Assembly (NCBI GenBank): GCA_050246815.1
Contig: JBFWVI010000001.1
Coordinates: forward strand, 35,433 to 99,432
Origin: Bdellovibrionales bacterium
GTDB lineage: Bacteria > Bdellovibrionota > Bdellovibrionia > Bdellovibrionales > UBA1609
Direction of reading: 5' to 3'
Length of the DNA stretch: 64,000 nucleotides
Position numbers and translations under genes: made by a program. Of the stretch, positions 39,431 through 48,701 are shown piece after piece. The stretch's first letter is position 1. Each line of letters starts with the position of its first letter. The notes under the pieces are model-generated. The model was not told the DNA's origin, did no database searches, and saw nothing but the letters and a program-made list of their open reading frames with translations.

Positions 39431-40582
39431 GTGTTTCATGGTCTTGCACCGATAGCTCTGGGATTGATCCTGGCCATCACAGCTGACGCCAAAAGCTTGC
39501 GTATCGAACGCACTCGTCAACTGCCATGTTTTACCCAGGATGAGCGATTGGGTTATAGGCCCAAACCGGGGTGTGCAGCCGATGCCGATACCGCTTGGTC
39601 CAGCACGGTTCATTACACTTTCAATAAAATCGGTTTGCGCGAACGTGATGTGGAGGAAGAGCCTGCATCGGACAAAATTCGGGTACTTTTGTTGGGCCCG
39701 GCCCTTGAAGGTGTGGGCTTAAGCGATGAGCAACTGCCCGCCCGCCAAGTGGAAAAAAAATTTAAAGACCTAGGTGTTCAAAACGTCGAAGTGCTCAGTG
39801 GTGCCATAGCGGGATATGGGGCGGGCCGTTACGCGATGATAAGTGCTGAATTGGCCAGGCGACTAAAGCCCGATGTGGTGATCTACTTTCAAACGGGCGA
39901 CAACTTCGCCTTCGACCTAATCGAAGACAGTCAAATTCTTCGTGATGAATATAACGAGAGGCTCAGGTTCACGGGGCTATCCGTTGACGCGGCGGAATCC
40001 AGTTGGCCAGATCGGTGGAGAGAGGCGGTGGTGCGCGCCAAAATATTTTGGCAGCTTTATCGCGAAGCGAACTCCGAAGCCGAGGAAAGAAAAAAAATTC
40101 TTAAGCCTACCTGGAAGGCCTTCGAAGAGATCGCCTCGCGCTTCGGTCCTAGCACGCGTTTTTTGGTGGCTTGGGCACCCAAGACCGCGCATAATTCACG
40201 TGTCATTGAGGGTTTGGGTTTTGGTCTTGATTTTATCGCGCAGTTGATGATTCCAAAAATTCGCGTTCCAGGCGGGGCTTTGAATCGTGAACTGCGCCGC
40301 ACCAGCTACACGCCGCTGTTAGTCGGACGTGAGTTCAATGCTCCGGTGAAAAATGGTTTGGCACCAAAGCAGAATCCCCGGGTTCTCACCGCAAAGGGGG
40401 CGGAGTTTTGGGCTGAAAGCATCGTGCTTGGTTTAAACGAAGAAATAAGTTTGTTGGGAATGGGCGAGGCCACATCCAAGCATAGGGCTCAAATCTTACG
40501 CCGTCGGCAAAATGAAAAAAAAACCAAAGGGCCTCTAGAAAAAGCCAAGGCCAAAGCCCGAAATATGAAAAGAAAAAATTAA
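39431..40582 (+). CDS. exported SGNH/GDSL-like protein lacking catalytic motifs
   Basis: LGYRPKP, FNKIGLR, RVLLLG, EVLSGAIAGYG, KPDVVI; GTG start with AGGA RBS. Confidence 0.7.
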   Translation: MFHGLAPIALGLILAITADAKSLRIERTRQLPCFTQDERLGYRPKPGCAADADTAWSSTVHYTFNKIGLRERDVEEEPASDKIRVLLLGPALEGVGLSDEQLPARQVEKKFKDLGVQNVEVLSGAIAGYGAGRYAMISAELARRLKPDVVIYFQTGDNFAFDLIEDSQILRDEYNERLRFTGLSVDAAESSWPDRWREAVVRAKIFWQLYREANSEAEERKKILKPTWKAFEEIASRFGPSTRFLVAWAPKTAHNSRVIEGLGFGLDFIAQLMIPKIRVPGGALNRELRRTSYTPLLVGREFNAPVKNGLAPKQNPRVLTAKGAEFWAESIVLGLNEEISLLGMGEATSKHRAQILRRRQNEKKTKGPLEKAKAKARNMKRKN

Positions 40583-41823
40583 TAGCCGCGCACGAAAGTG
40601 TGAACCCACACCATCCAGATCCAAGTGATCAATACCCCAAGCCATCCCATCAATCGGGTGTTCGACGGCCAATATTTGGTCAGGATCAGCGCCAGGTAAA
40701 CGCCGACGCCGTGCCAGCTGAAGAATAAAATTTTGTTTCGCACCCAAAAATCGACATCTTCGGCGGAGCCTTCATGCCACAAATGGATCGCGCTGTAACC
40801 ATCGTGCAACCAAAACGAGACCCCGAACACCGCGAACACCGCTAGAAAAGTGCTGCGGGTCTTGCGCCAAATAGGGCCAAAAATCAGACTGCGGAACCAT
40901 TGATAAAAGGGAATATTCCAGCGCCGCCAACATTCAGCCGGCGAAACGGCCAGTAGGGCAAAATAAAAAGGCGCCTTTAGAGGGTGCCCCAGCCATCTTC
41001 CTAAACCCACGATGAGATTCAATACGGCCCAACTATTGAAGTAAAAATAAAGATAGGTGTTGAGATTGCGTGCCAAGCCGCCCAAGGCAAAAGCAAACAA
41101 AGCTAAAGTCACCAGTAATAAACCGGATCTATTTGTTTCTGAGAAAGGTTTTGTTGGCAATTCAAGTGTGGTGACCGGCAAACAATAGACCAGGTGCAAA
41201 GGGTTTTGCAAAAAGCTGCCGAAAGTGGCCCCCAAGGAGCTGGCCCGCCACATCAGAGCCAGCAAGGTTACCATCACATAGCGTTCGGGGCGAAAGCCCC
41301 ACCAACCGCGATCAAGGCCGGCTGGAAAACTCCAGCCCGAGGCTTGGTTGATCATGACCATTGCTCCGATGGCCGCCAAAATTTGCCCCGCCACTTGAAT
41401 TTTGAGGTCGCGCTGGCGAAGTGCAAAAAGCACGAGGATTGGCAGAGCATAGCTTAAACCCATGCCGATCACGAGGCTCTGTATGGTGGACGTCAAAGGC
41501 AAAATCACGAAATAGGCCAAACCCACAATCGCAATTTGAAAAAATGAATTCAAACGCTGTGCGGCCGTACCTACAACCAGCAGTGCGATAAGTCCTGGCC
41601 AATGAAATGACAAAAAGGCAAAGCCGTAGGGGTTGTGTTCGAGCCACCATTGTCTTAGAGGCTCGTGATGGGTTGAAAAGATCAGGGCCGCGATAACCGC
41701 AGCGGCCAAAGCCCGCCATAAGAATTGAGGGCCGCGACAGATTTTTTTATACGCCCAATCCAGGCAATTTTGCAGCCAGCCTTCCACCCAAGCGGGGCTA
41801 CCCAGCTGCATGGAATTTTTCAC
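40579..41823 (-). CDS. MBOAT family membrane-bound acyltransferase
   Basis: polytopic; SPAECWRRWNIPFYQWF and SFWLH catalytic His. Confidence 0.85.
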   Translation of the reverse strand: MKNSMQLGSPAWVEGWLQNCLDWAYKKICRGPQFLWRALAAAVIAALIFSTHHEPLRQWWLEHNPYGFAFLSFHWPGLIALLVVGTAAQRLNSFFQIAIVGLAYFVILPLTSTIQSLVIGMGLSYALPILVLFALRQRDLKIQVAGQILAAIGAMVMINQASGWSFPAGLDRGWWGFRPERYVMVTLLALMWRASSLGATFGSFLQNPLHLVYCLPVTTLELPTKPFSETNRSGLLLVTLALFAFALGGLARNLNTYLYFYFNSWAVLNLIVGLGRWLGHPLKAPFYFALLAVSPAECWRRWNIPFYQWFRSLIFGPIWRKTRSTFLAVFAVFGVSFWLHDGYSAIHLWHEGSAEDVDFWVRNKILFFSWHGVGVYLALILTKYWPSNTRLMGWLGVLITWIWMVWVHTFVRGY

Positions 41824-43307
41824 GGACCGCCCTTTTTTCGCCGTCCGGGCTGGCGCCCGGTGAACACCGGGTAGTCATTGGGCATTAAAGAATTATAATG
41901 CATCCACTCGTGGAATCCGCCTTTGAGCACATAAACTTTACGGTAACCCAGCTGAACCAACAGGACCGCAGCCTTGTGCGCACGGATGTCGTATTCGTTG
42001 CGCCCGTAAAGCACCAAAGCATTTTGTTTGTTGTAGGGGCGTGGTTTGATTAAACTTTCTTTGTTCGTGGCCAATCCGGCGGAGGTGTATGTGGGTGGCA
42101 AATACTTTTGAAAGCCGCGCTCATCCAGTTGTGTGCGCATTTGCAAATTTTCAGAACCACGCACGCTGGATTGTGAAAAGCGTAGGGGCGGCCGCACATC
42201 CAAAAAAATGGCATTTTGTCGCATCAGGGTCAGCGCCTGAGGGGCGTCAATGGCCGTGGCCGTCGACGGAATTTCAGTGCTGAAAATAATTTTATTCCAT
42301 TCGTCGTATCCGCCACGCAACCAAAATATCTTGGAATAATCCAGAGTGGCGATCAGGCTAATGGCGTTGTAGCTGGCCAAGTCTCCGGGGCCGTTTGAGA
42401 AGACCACGAGCTGGGTGGATTTGTCTTTGGGCAGACGTTCGAGGTCAAACGACGCGCCTTTTTTTAGCAGGGCTTCGGGGGACTGGATGTCCTCATTAAG
42501 GACTTCATAGTTACCTGGTTCAAGGGGGATCGCCTGTGGCAGGGAGCCGAGACGATAATGGGTATTGGGGCGCACATCTACGATGCGATAGCGACTCAAG
42601 TTGGCGCGCAGTTCATCACTGGTGATATTTTTAGCGGCTGGGTGCTCGAGCGGGGCGCCATAGGTGGGCCGAGCCAAATTGCGGTCTTCCATGCGCAGTT
42701 TTACGACTAAAACTTGGCTCTGAAAAAGTTTATCTCGCATTTGAGCGCGTGAAAGTGCCGCCTGCTCATCTTGATTGCGCCGCAAAGTCTGTTTAAAGCG
42801 ATTCACGACCCGCGCGATCTGAGGCGGCGGCATGTCTTTGAGGGTGTCACCTAAAATGCGATAGGGGACCAGCTTGATTTCAACAACACGCAGGCCCGCG
42901 ATTTTTTCTCGATAAAAAACGGTCTTGTTGTTTTTGGTTCGACGAAAAACTTCGGCAGGATAAATTTTATTGCGCACCAAGCAGTCATTGTCTTCGATGC
43001 TCAGTTGGTAGGCGACCAGTCCTCGTGCCAGGCGTTGATACGAGTTCCAGGGAACACCCAACACGGAAGGGCTTTTTTTGTTGCGGTCGCAAGCTTCACT
43101 TTGTTGCAGTTCTTTGACTTTTAAAACCTCGGTGGCGTCTTTAGGGGTACGAGGGTTGACCGGATCGGGGCGTGCATTGGGGCGGGTGACCAGTGTCGCG
43201 GGATCGGCTCGTTTGGGCGCGTTTTTTTGTGTGGCTGTCATCACCATTTTGCCGACCACAAGCAACAACAGAATTCCGCCCAAAATACTCACAGTGCGCA
43301 TATTCAT
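41820..43307 (-). CDS. membrane-anchored tandem rhodanese-like domain protein
   Basis: IVDVRP...WLRGGYDEW and FLDVRP...VLKGGFHEW; N-terminal TM. Confidence 0.85.
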   Translation of the reverse strand: MNMRTVSILGGILLLLVVGKMVMTATQKNAPKRADPATLVTRPNARPDPVNPRTPKDATEVLKVKELQQSEACDRNKKSPSVLGVPWNSYQRLARGLVAYQLSIEDNDCLVRNKIYPAEVFRRTKNNKTVFYREKIAGLRVVEIKLVPYRILGDTLKDMPPPQIARVVNRFKQTLRRNQDEQAALSRAQMRDKLFQSQVLVVKLRMEDRNLARPTYGAPLEHPAAKNITSDELRANLSRYRIVDVRPNTHYRLGSLPQAIPLEPGNYEVLNEDIQSPEALLKKGASFDLERLPKDKSTQLVVFSNGPGDLASYNAISLIATLDYSKIFWLRGGYDEWNKIIFSTEIPSTATAIDAPQALTLMRQNAIFLDVRPPLRFSQSSVRGSENLQMRTQLDERGFQKYLPPTYTSAGLATNKESLIKPRPYNKQNALVLYGRNEYDIRAHKAAVLLVQLGYRKVYVLKGGFHEWMHYNSLMPNDYPVFTGRQPGRRKKGGP

Positions 43308-43435
43308 GGTTCGGCGAAAGTCCTCTTTAGGTGATGCAAAAATAGACGCACGATGCGATCAACCTTGCGAATATTCATAGCTTAATGTGATTTTGGGCAA
43401 AGCGCCATAGCACTTCGCCTAGACTTTAGGCTGAT

Positions 43436-44365
43436 TTAAAAATAGCTGCCACAATTGGTGTCGTAAGACGGAAAGGCGGCATGAATTTCAAGCTGTCGAA
43501 GGTCCGAGCTGTAATAGATTTTAACCATAACGCCAATGGGGCCATCTTGAGCGGTGTATCGCGGATCATAGGGCGCGGGGTTACCCCAGCCGGGCGCATC
43601 AAAGTCAGGTTGGCGCCAGCGTGGGTCGATCGCGGGCAACCCGCTGGGCGGAACCACGGCGGCCATAGCGAAACCAGCTGTCAATAGGCTTAAGGGGCGA
43701 CTAAAAAAGCGCGCCACTTGATAACCAATTTTTTCTTTCGCCGGGGCGGGCTCCAACTCCCAGTTTTGTCTTTCTTCGAGTCTTCGTTGCGCTTGAATGG
43801 TGCACCAGCTTGGCGGAGGGGCGGGTGGTAGAGGGCAGTTCGCGCCGCCCACTTGGTCATAGTTGAACCGGATGAAGTTGATCGCCAACGTGCGATCAGC
43901 TTGCGCGTAGTTACCCAAGGCATCCACCGTCGTGATCGCAGGGTTGGCCATCGAGCGAATCAACACCAAGTTGCGGGCGGCGTAGGCCGAAGCGATCGTG
44001 CCGGCAGTGTAAAGACGTGGTGGCGCAGTCAGATCCACGATCATAGTGTCGAGCGGGCCGCCGCCGGTGAGAGGTTTTGTGACCCAAGCAGGAAACGAAA
44101 CGCTGTAGTTGGTTCCCGCGATGCCCAACTGAAAGCCGATGGTGCCGGTGCCCGAGATGGGGTTGAACACAGGTTTGTTGCGCGCGCGAAAGCAACTGGG
44201 TATTAATTTGACGGTGAAACGGTTCTGCATGCTTTGCGCACCGCCACTATACGAGATATCATTGAAATTCGATGCCCCAGGCGCGAAGACTTTCACCTCA
44301 AGCGCATGGGCGGCAGGAGCCAGCACTGTCATCAGCAAGATAAGTATAAATAATTTTTGTTTCAT
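43436..44365 (-). CDS. hypothetical secreted protein in pilin cluster
   Basis: GAGGA RBS, signal peptide ending AHA, four Cys, Pro-rich insert. Confidence 0.7.
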   Translation of the reverse strand: MKQKLFILILLMTVLAPAAHALEVKVFAPGASNFNDISYSGGAQSMQNRFTVKLIPSCFRARNKPVFNPISGTGTIGFQLGIAGTNYSVSFPAWVTKPLTGGGPLDTMIVDLTAPPRLYTAGTIASAYAARNLVLIRSMANPAITTVDALGNYAQADRTLAINFIRFNYDQVGGANCPLPPAPPPSWCTIQAQRRLEERQNWELEPAPAKEKIGYQVARFFSRPLSLLTAGFAMAAVVPPSGLPAIDPRWRQPDFDAPGWGNPAPYDPRYTAQDGPIGVMVKIYYSSDLRQLEIHAAFPSYDTNCGSYF

Positions 44366-44389
44366 GTCGTCCTCTTGCGTTCAAAATAC

Positions 44390-45370
44390 CTAATAATTAA
44401 ATCTTAAATCGGCGGTTATTGTGGGAATCGAAAGTGTTTCTCGTCTAAAGATAACTTGAGTTACGCCCACCGCGATAGGGGTGTCCAGGGTCCATGCGCC
44501 GGCCCGCCAGACCTGGCGCTGAAGTGTCATCCCGCCAGCCTGGGCTTGTCGTTGCAACAGGGCGCTGGCCGCCACCGCCTGCAGGCGATAGCGAATCAGC
44601 TGCACGCCGGCGACGAAGATAATTTGATTCGGGCTGCCTTGTGGCGGAGCGGTTCTAAAAAATGTGTCCAAGTTATTTAGCACGGCGCCGTTGACGGGGT
44701 GGGTGTTGCGGATCACACCACCGCCGGTGTCGGCGGGCAATCCGGCCCCAACCACACGGCCGGTGTATATAGCGAAGCGGGGGGGCACGACCATGGCTGC
44801 GCCAGGTGCCCGAAGTGCCACCGGTGAATAGACCATCAGCATATTATTGGGGCGAAATAGGGCGTTATTGAGATTGTCCAAATAATTATTGCGGTTCAGG
44901 CTGCCGAAGGTCATGGTGCCAGGTAAGCTGACATTGCCGCTGGTGGTGTAGGTGTACGCATGTGTCGCATCGTAATAAACCGGCGGATCCGTGCGTTTGT
45001 CGAACAGTAAAAAGTTGATGCTTTCGCCGATGGCATTCAATGTCACGGTGCGGGTGCGGTTGGAGTCCGGGCCGGGAATCAGCTTGGAGGGGTAGTCGGG
45101 CAGTAAGTCGAAAAACTGCAAGCCATTGTCATCCAATTGGTTGACGTTGTTGAATGAGGCGCCTGCGTTAAGAAGATTTAGCCACACCGCGCGCTCGCCC
45201 AATGATTTTTCAGAAATGTCACTCAAGTCTTGGGCGGTTCGGAAGTAAGTTTCTTGCATCAAAATCAAGACGGTGAAAGCGGTGCTTAAGACAACTGTCA
45301 AAATGGCGATGACAATCGTCGTTTCGAGCAGCGAAAATCCAGATTGTGTCGAGCGTTTAAAGCATGCCAC
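44390..45370 (-). CDS. prepilin-type protein (PilW/GspJ-like)
   Basis: class III signal QSG|FSLLE plus hydrophobic helix. Confidence 0.85.
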   Translation of the reverse strand: MACFKRSTQSGFSLLETTIVIAILTVVLSTAFTVLILMQETYFRTAQDLSDISEKSLGERAVWLNLLNAGASFNNVNQLDDNGLQFFDLLPDYPSKLIPGPDSNRTRTVTLNAIGESINFLLFDKRTDPPVYYDATHAYTYTTSGNVSLPGTMTFGSLNRNNYLDNLNNALFRPNNMLMVYSPVALRAPGAAMVVPPRFAIYTGRVVGAGLPADTGGGVIRNTHPVNGAVLNNLDTFFRTAPPQGSPNQIIFVAGVQLIRYRLQAVAASALLQRQAQAGGMTLQRQVWRAGAWTLDTPIAVGVTQVIFRRETLSIPTITADLRFNY

Positions 45371-45384
45371 GGTTATCTTTCCTC

Positions 45385-45867
45385 TTATTTGGGAACCACA
45401 ATAAATTCATACCAAGCCTCCCCGCCAGTCAGGCTGGGGTTGGACATACGCACTGTCGCCATATACATTCCGGCCCATCCAAAGATGGGGCGGATGGTGT
45501 AACCCATTCGTCCCGGGCAACCTGGGCAGCAAGGAGTCGGCGGTGGTGGGACGACGGTGGCGTCGCAGGCCATCTCAACGCTGTCATTCCAGCGATAGGG
45601 CAAGTTGGCGTCGGCTAGCACGGTGTTGTTGTCAATCAGGGGCGAAGCGAAATTTTTTTGGAAGACACTGTTGTCGGCTTGAATGTCGGCGGCCACGCTT
45701 TGTAAAATCTTTTCTTGCACGGTGCGGTTGACCACCCGGCGGCGCTCGTCCATGGCAAAGGACACCATGAACATCATGGCGCTAAAAACCACGCTCAAGA
45801 TACCGGTGGCCAGCATCAGCTCAATTAATGTGACGCCTGATTGTGAAGTCCAAGACCTATTTCTCAT
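45385..45867 (-). CDS. prepilin-type protein (PilV/GspI-like)
   Basis: QSG|VTLIELM plus hydrophobic helix. Confidence 0.85.
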   Translation of the reverse strand: MRNRSWTSQSGVTLIELMLATGILSVVFSAMMFMVSFAMDERRRVVNRTVQEKILQSVAADIQADNSVFQKNFASPLIDNNTVLADANLPYRWNDSVEMACDATVVPPPPTPCCPGCPGRMGYTIRPIFGWAGMYMATVRMSNPSLTGGEAWYEFIVVPK

Positions 45868-45888
45868 CCTTCATCCTTCATCCTTCAT
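45864..45888. repeat. heptamer tandem repeat (TCATCCT)3-TCAT
   Basis: fills the gap between the PilX-like stop and the PilV-like start. Confidence 0.9.
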
Positions 45889-48464
45889 TAATCACTCACG
45901 CGGGTAATTTCGCGCACCATGTAGCGCAGGGGCCTTCGTTTACAGCTCACAAAACTATCACCGCTGTTGATGCCGCAATCCGGATCAACGGTGGACCAGT
46001 TAAAAGCGTCCACCGACTGTGCGTAATAAAGCGGATTGCATTTTTGCTGGGTGGACATGTCGGCAATCGAGGCCGCCGGAGAAAATTCGGGCATCAGCAG
46101 TGCCACACCGCAAGCCGTGTAATTTTGGGTTGAAAGCAAGGGCAGGATGGTGCGCATGTCGTGGACGGCCTGACTGTGGCGCAACGAGCGCCAGCGAATG
46201 CCCGAGAACAGAGCCGTCTCGTCGATATTCGTGCGGCCGGCCATGATGGTGCCGTTGATTTCAAGTGGTGTGGCGCGCGGATCGATGATCAGTTCGTCAC
46301 AGGCCAAAAGAGCGCTGACCCGATTGGCATTGCTGTCAATTCGGCAGCGGCCCACAATTCCGCGGGTGATAAAAGTGGTGTCGGTCGCGCCATTAAACAG
46401 CAGTTCGGGCACAGCCGGTCGAGGAAAGGGCGGCGGGTTGGTTTCAGCCGGATCAAGCGGATTGAAGTTCCAGGAGTTGCGCGTGTTCGCTAAAAAATTG
46501 GAGGTTGTCCAGTTGGCCATGCCCAAGGCCGTGCCACGCGTGCTGTTAAAAGTTTCGCAGCGGGATTGAACGCTGGCGTAATCCACGGCGGGAGAAGCAG
46601 GCCCATTGGTGAATGGGCTTGCCGCCGGTGGCAACGCAGCACCGGGACCGGAGCATGCCGAGCCTTTGACATAAGTGGTGCCAAGCGCCGGTGGCAGCGG
46701 TACGGGCAACACGCCTGCGCACGGTTCTGCGTGCAGCACTTGGTGCGAGTCATTGCCGGTTAAAGGGCTATTGTAGGGCACGGGCTGCAAACCCACCCCG
46801 ACGACCGGGATGAATTGAAAGTTACTTTCGCGTAAAAAGTTACTGTCGAATGAATCGATTGCGACATCTGATTTGCGGCGATCGGCCGCGTTGTGTGTGC
46901 CGTAGTCATAAGCCTTAAAATAAATGCGAATCGGACTTGGTATGGCGGAATAGTCTCCGCCGGCGTCGACACTCACCACCAATTGCGCCTGATTGGGTTG
47001 CGGCAAGCCGAAGGCCACCACCGGACGAAGCGCGATTCGAATCGTGGGATGGTTGCGAGGTGGCACGGGATCGATGAAGGTGGCACTGATTTCGCCATCC
47101 ATCGAAATTCGAGCTTGAATGAAATTCAAGCTCAAGGCGCCAAAAGAAGCGTAAACGTACCCCACCGCCGCATTGTTGTCGGAAGTGTCAGGTGCCACCC
47201 GCCATCCGCCATTTTCGGGGGGCGCGGGCGCGCCCGGGGCAAATGAGCGTGTGATAATGTTCGCGCGCTGTCGCTGGGGGTTGAAAGCATTGTTGCCACC
47301 CAAAGTGAGTTTGTAAGTCACGCTGGCGGCGGCTCCAAAAGGAGCAGTGCCTTGCTGCACGTAAAGGGGAGAAGCTTTTGTGATGGTCAGATCGCTCTTT
47401 GAAGCCAAATAATCGCGACACTCCGATAAATTGGTGTCAACCGGGGGCGGTGGGGCGATCTGACCCGTGAAAACTTCAAGGCCGCGATCCGAGCCCTCGT
47501 CAATTTCAATGCCACGTAAAAATCCGCCGATGCCGCTGATTTGATCATAGGTGCGACTGGCCTGCCCCCCCGGGGTGGTGGGACTCATCAGCGCACCGCC
47601 GTCAAACAGACGGCCATCACCGATCACCACGCGTTGCGCGAAAGTGACAGGGGAGTAGGGCGGATCCGCCGATGCCGAAGTGATGGGCACATGGACGTTT
47701 CGATTGACGAACACCGGACTTTCAAAAACCAAACCTGTGCCCGAGGCCGAGCGGGCCCCGAAGCGAAAGAAATTGGCATCACCATTGGCTGAAGCGGTGG
47801 ATGCCAAATCCATGCGCAAATCACGAGGCACAATCAACGCGAACTGATTCAACTGTCTGGGGAATACGATCACGGTGCTAGTGGCGGTCAAGGCGGTCAA
47901 ACCACGGAACAAGGAAGTGGTTGAATTCAAAGTCACACGGATACCGACAACTGCTTCTTCACCATGTTGGGGCACGAAGACATTGGTGACGCGCCACATT
48001 TGAAAGTCGATTGAAGTGAACACGGCCGATTGGGCGGGCTGAATAGCGCGAAATAAGGGGTGCACGTTGGTGATGTTGGCGATCGGCAAATTGATGTTGA
48101 TGTTCGGGATGCGAAAAGGAGGAGTGGCGGGAAATGCCGGGTTGTCCGCCACGATCTCACCAAGAGAACGGGATACGTTGTCGCTCATGATCAATCGCTC
48201 TGCGCTTGCCAGATGATTCCAAGTGCACGGCTCAGAAAGCATGAGGGCAGAAAAGCACCAACGCTGTTTGATGCCATAAATTGAATAGTCCAACAAGCTG
48301 TCCAAAACGGTGCGGTAGCGAACCATGTCACGGGAAATCGCGGTCTGCCGGTTGGCGACTTCGATCAACTGAATCAGGGCGGAAAGTAAAATCGTAGAGA
48401 CGGCAAGAATGCCGAGGACAAGAACAAGAACGCTACCTTGCTTTTGTTTCAATCTCACGGTCAC
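45888..48464 (-). CDS. large PilX/GspK-like minor pilin
   Basis: KQG|SVLVLVL class III signal without Glu5; 858 aa, beta-rich, many Cys. Confidence 0.75.
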   Translation of the reverse strand: MTVRLKQKQGSVLVLVLGILAVSTILLSALIQLIEVANRQTAISRDMVRYRTVLDSLLDYSIYGIKQRWCFSALMLSEPCTWNHLASAERLIMSDNVSRSLGEIVADNPAFPATPPFRIPNININLPIANITNVHPLFRAIQPAQSAVFTSIDFQMWRVTNVFVPQHGEEAVVGIRVTLNSTTSLFRGLTALTATSTVIVFPRQLNQFALIVPRDLRMDLASTASANGDANFFRFGARSASGTGLVFESPVFVNRNVHVPITSASADPPYSPVTFAQRVVIGDGRLFDGGALMSPTTPGGQASRTYDQISGIGGFLRGIEIDEGSDRGLEVFTGQIAPPPPVDTNLSECRDYLASKSDLTITKASPLYVQQGTAPFGAAASVTYKLTLGGNNAFNPQRQRANIITRSFAPGAPAPPENGGWRVAPDTSDNNAAVGYVYASFGALSLNFIQARISMDGEISATFIDPVPPRNHPTIRIALRPVVAFGLPQPNQAQLVVSVDAGGDYSAIPSPIRIYFKAYDYGTHNAADRRKSDVAIDSFDSNFLRESNFQFIPVVGVGLQPVPYNSPLTGNDSHQVLHAEPCAGVLPVPLPPALGTTYVKGSACSGPGAALPPAASPFTNGPASPAVDYASVQSRCETFNSTRGTALGMANWTTSNFLANTRNSWNFNPLDPAETNPPPFPRPAVPELLFNGATDTTFITRGIVGRCRIDSNANRVSALLACDELIIDPRATPLEINGTIMAGRTNIDETALFSGIRWRSLRHSQAVHDMRTILPLLSTQNYTACGVALLMPEFSPAASIADMSTQQKCNPLYYAQSVDAFNWSTVDPDCGINSGDSFVSCKRRPLRYMVREITRVSD

Positions 48465-48701
48465 CTCTTACGCACAGATAGATCAGACTGAGATTTCGAA
48501 GATATATATTGATGATAAAGTGAGCTTTGGGTTAATTCAAATTCCCAAAGTGAAAAGGCTCGATTTCGTATCAAATTGAGTCAGTGAGGCTGAAGTTCGA
48601 CTCAAGTCCGGCTCAGGCCCGACTTAAGTTCAGCTTGATCGGTCTTTGTTTGAGACAGCAAGGTGCATTGTGCGCGTTTTTAAGGTGTGTGAGGTTGATT
48701 T

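Noticed and set aside
48589..48635. Imperfect hairpin between the pilin cassette and the 48702 ORF
   Set aside because: Mismatches and a bulge, no T-tract, no recognisable RNA family
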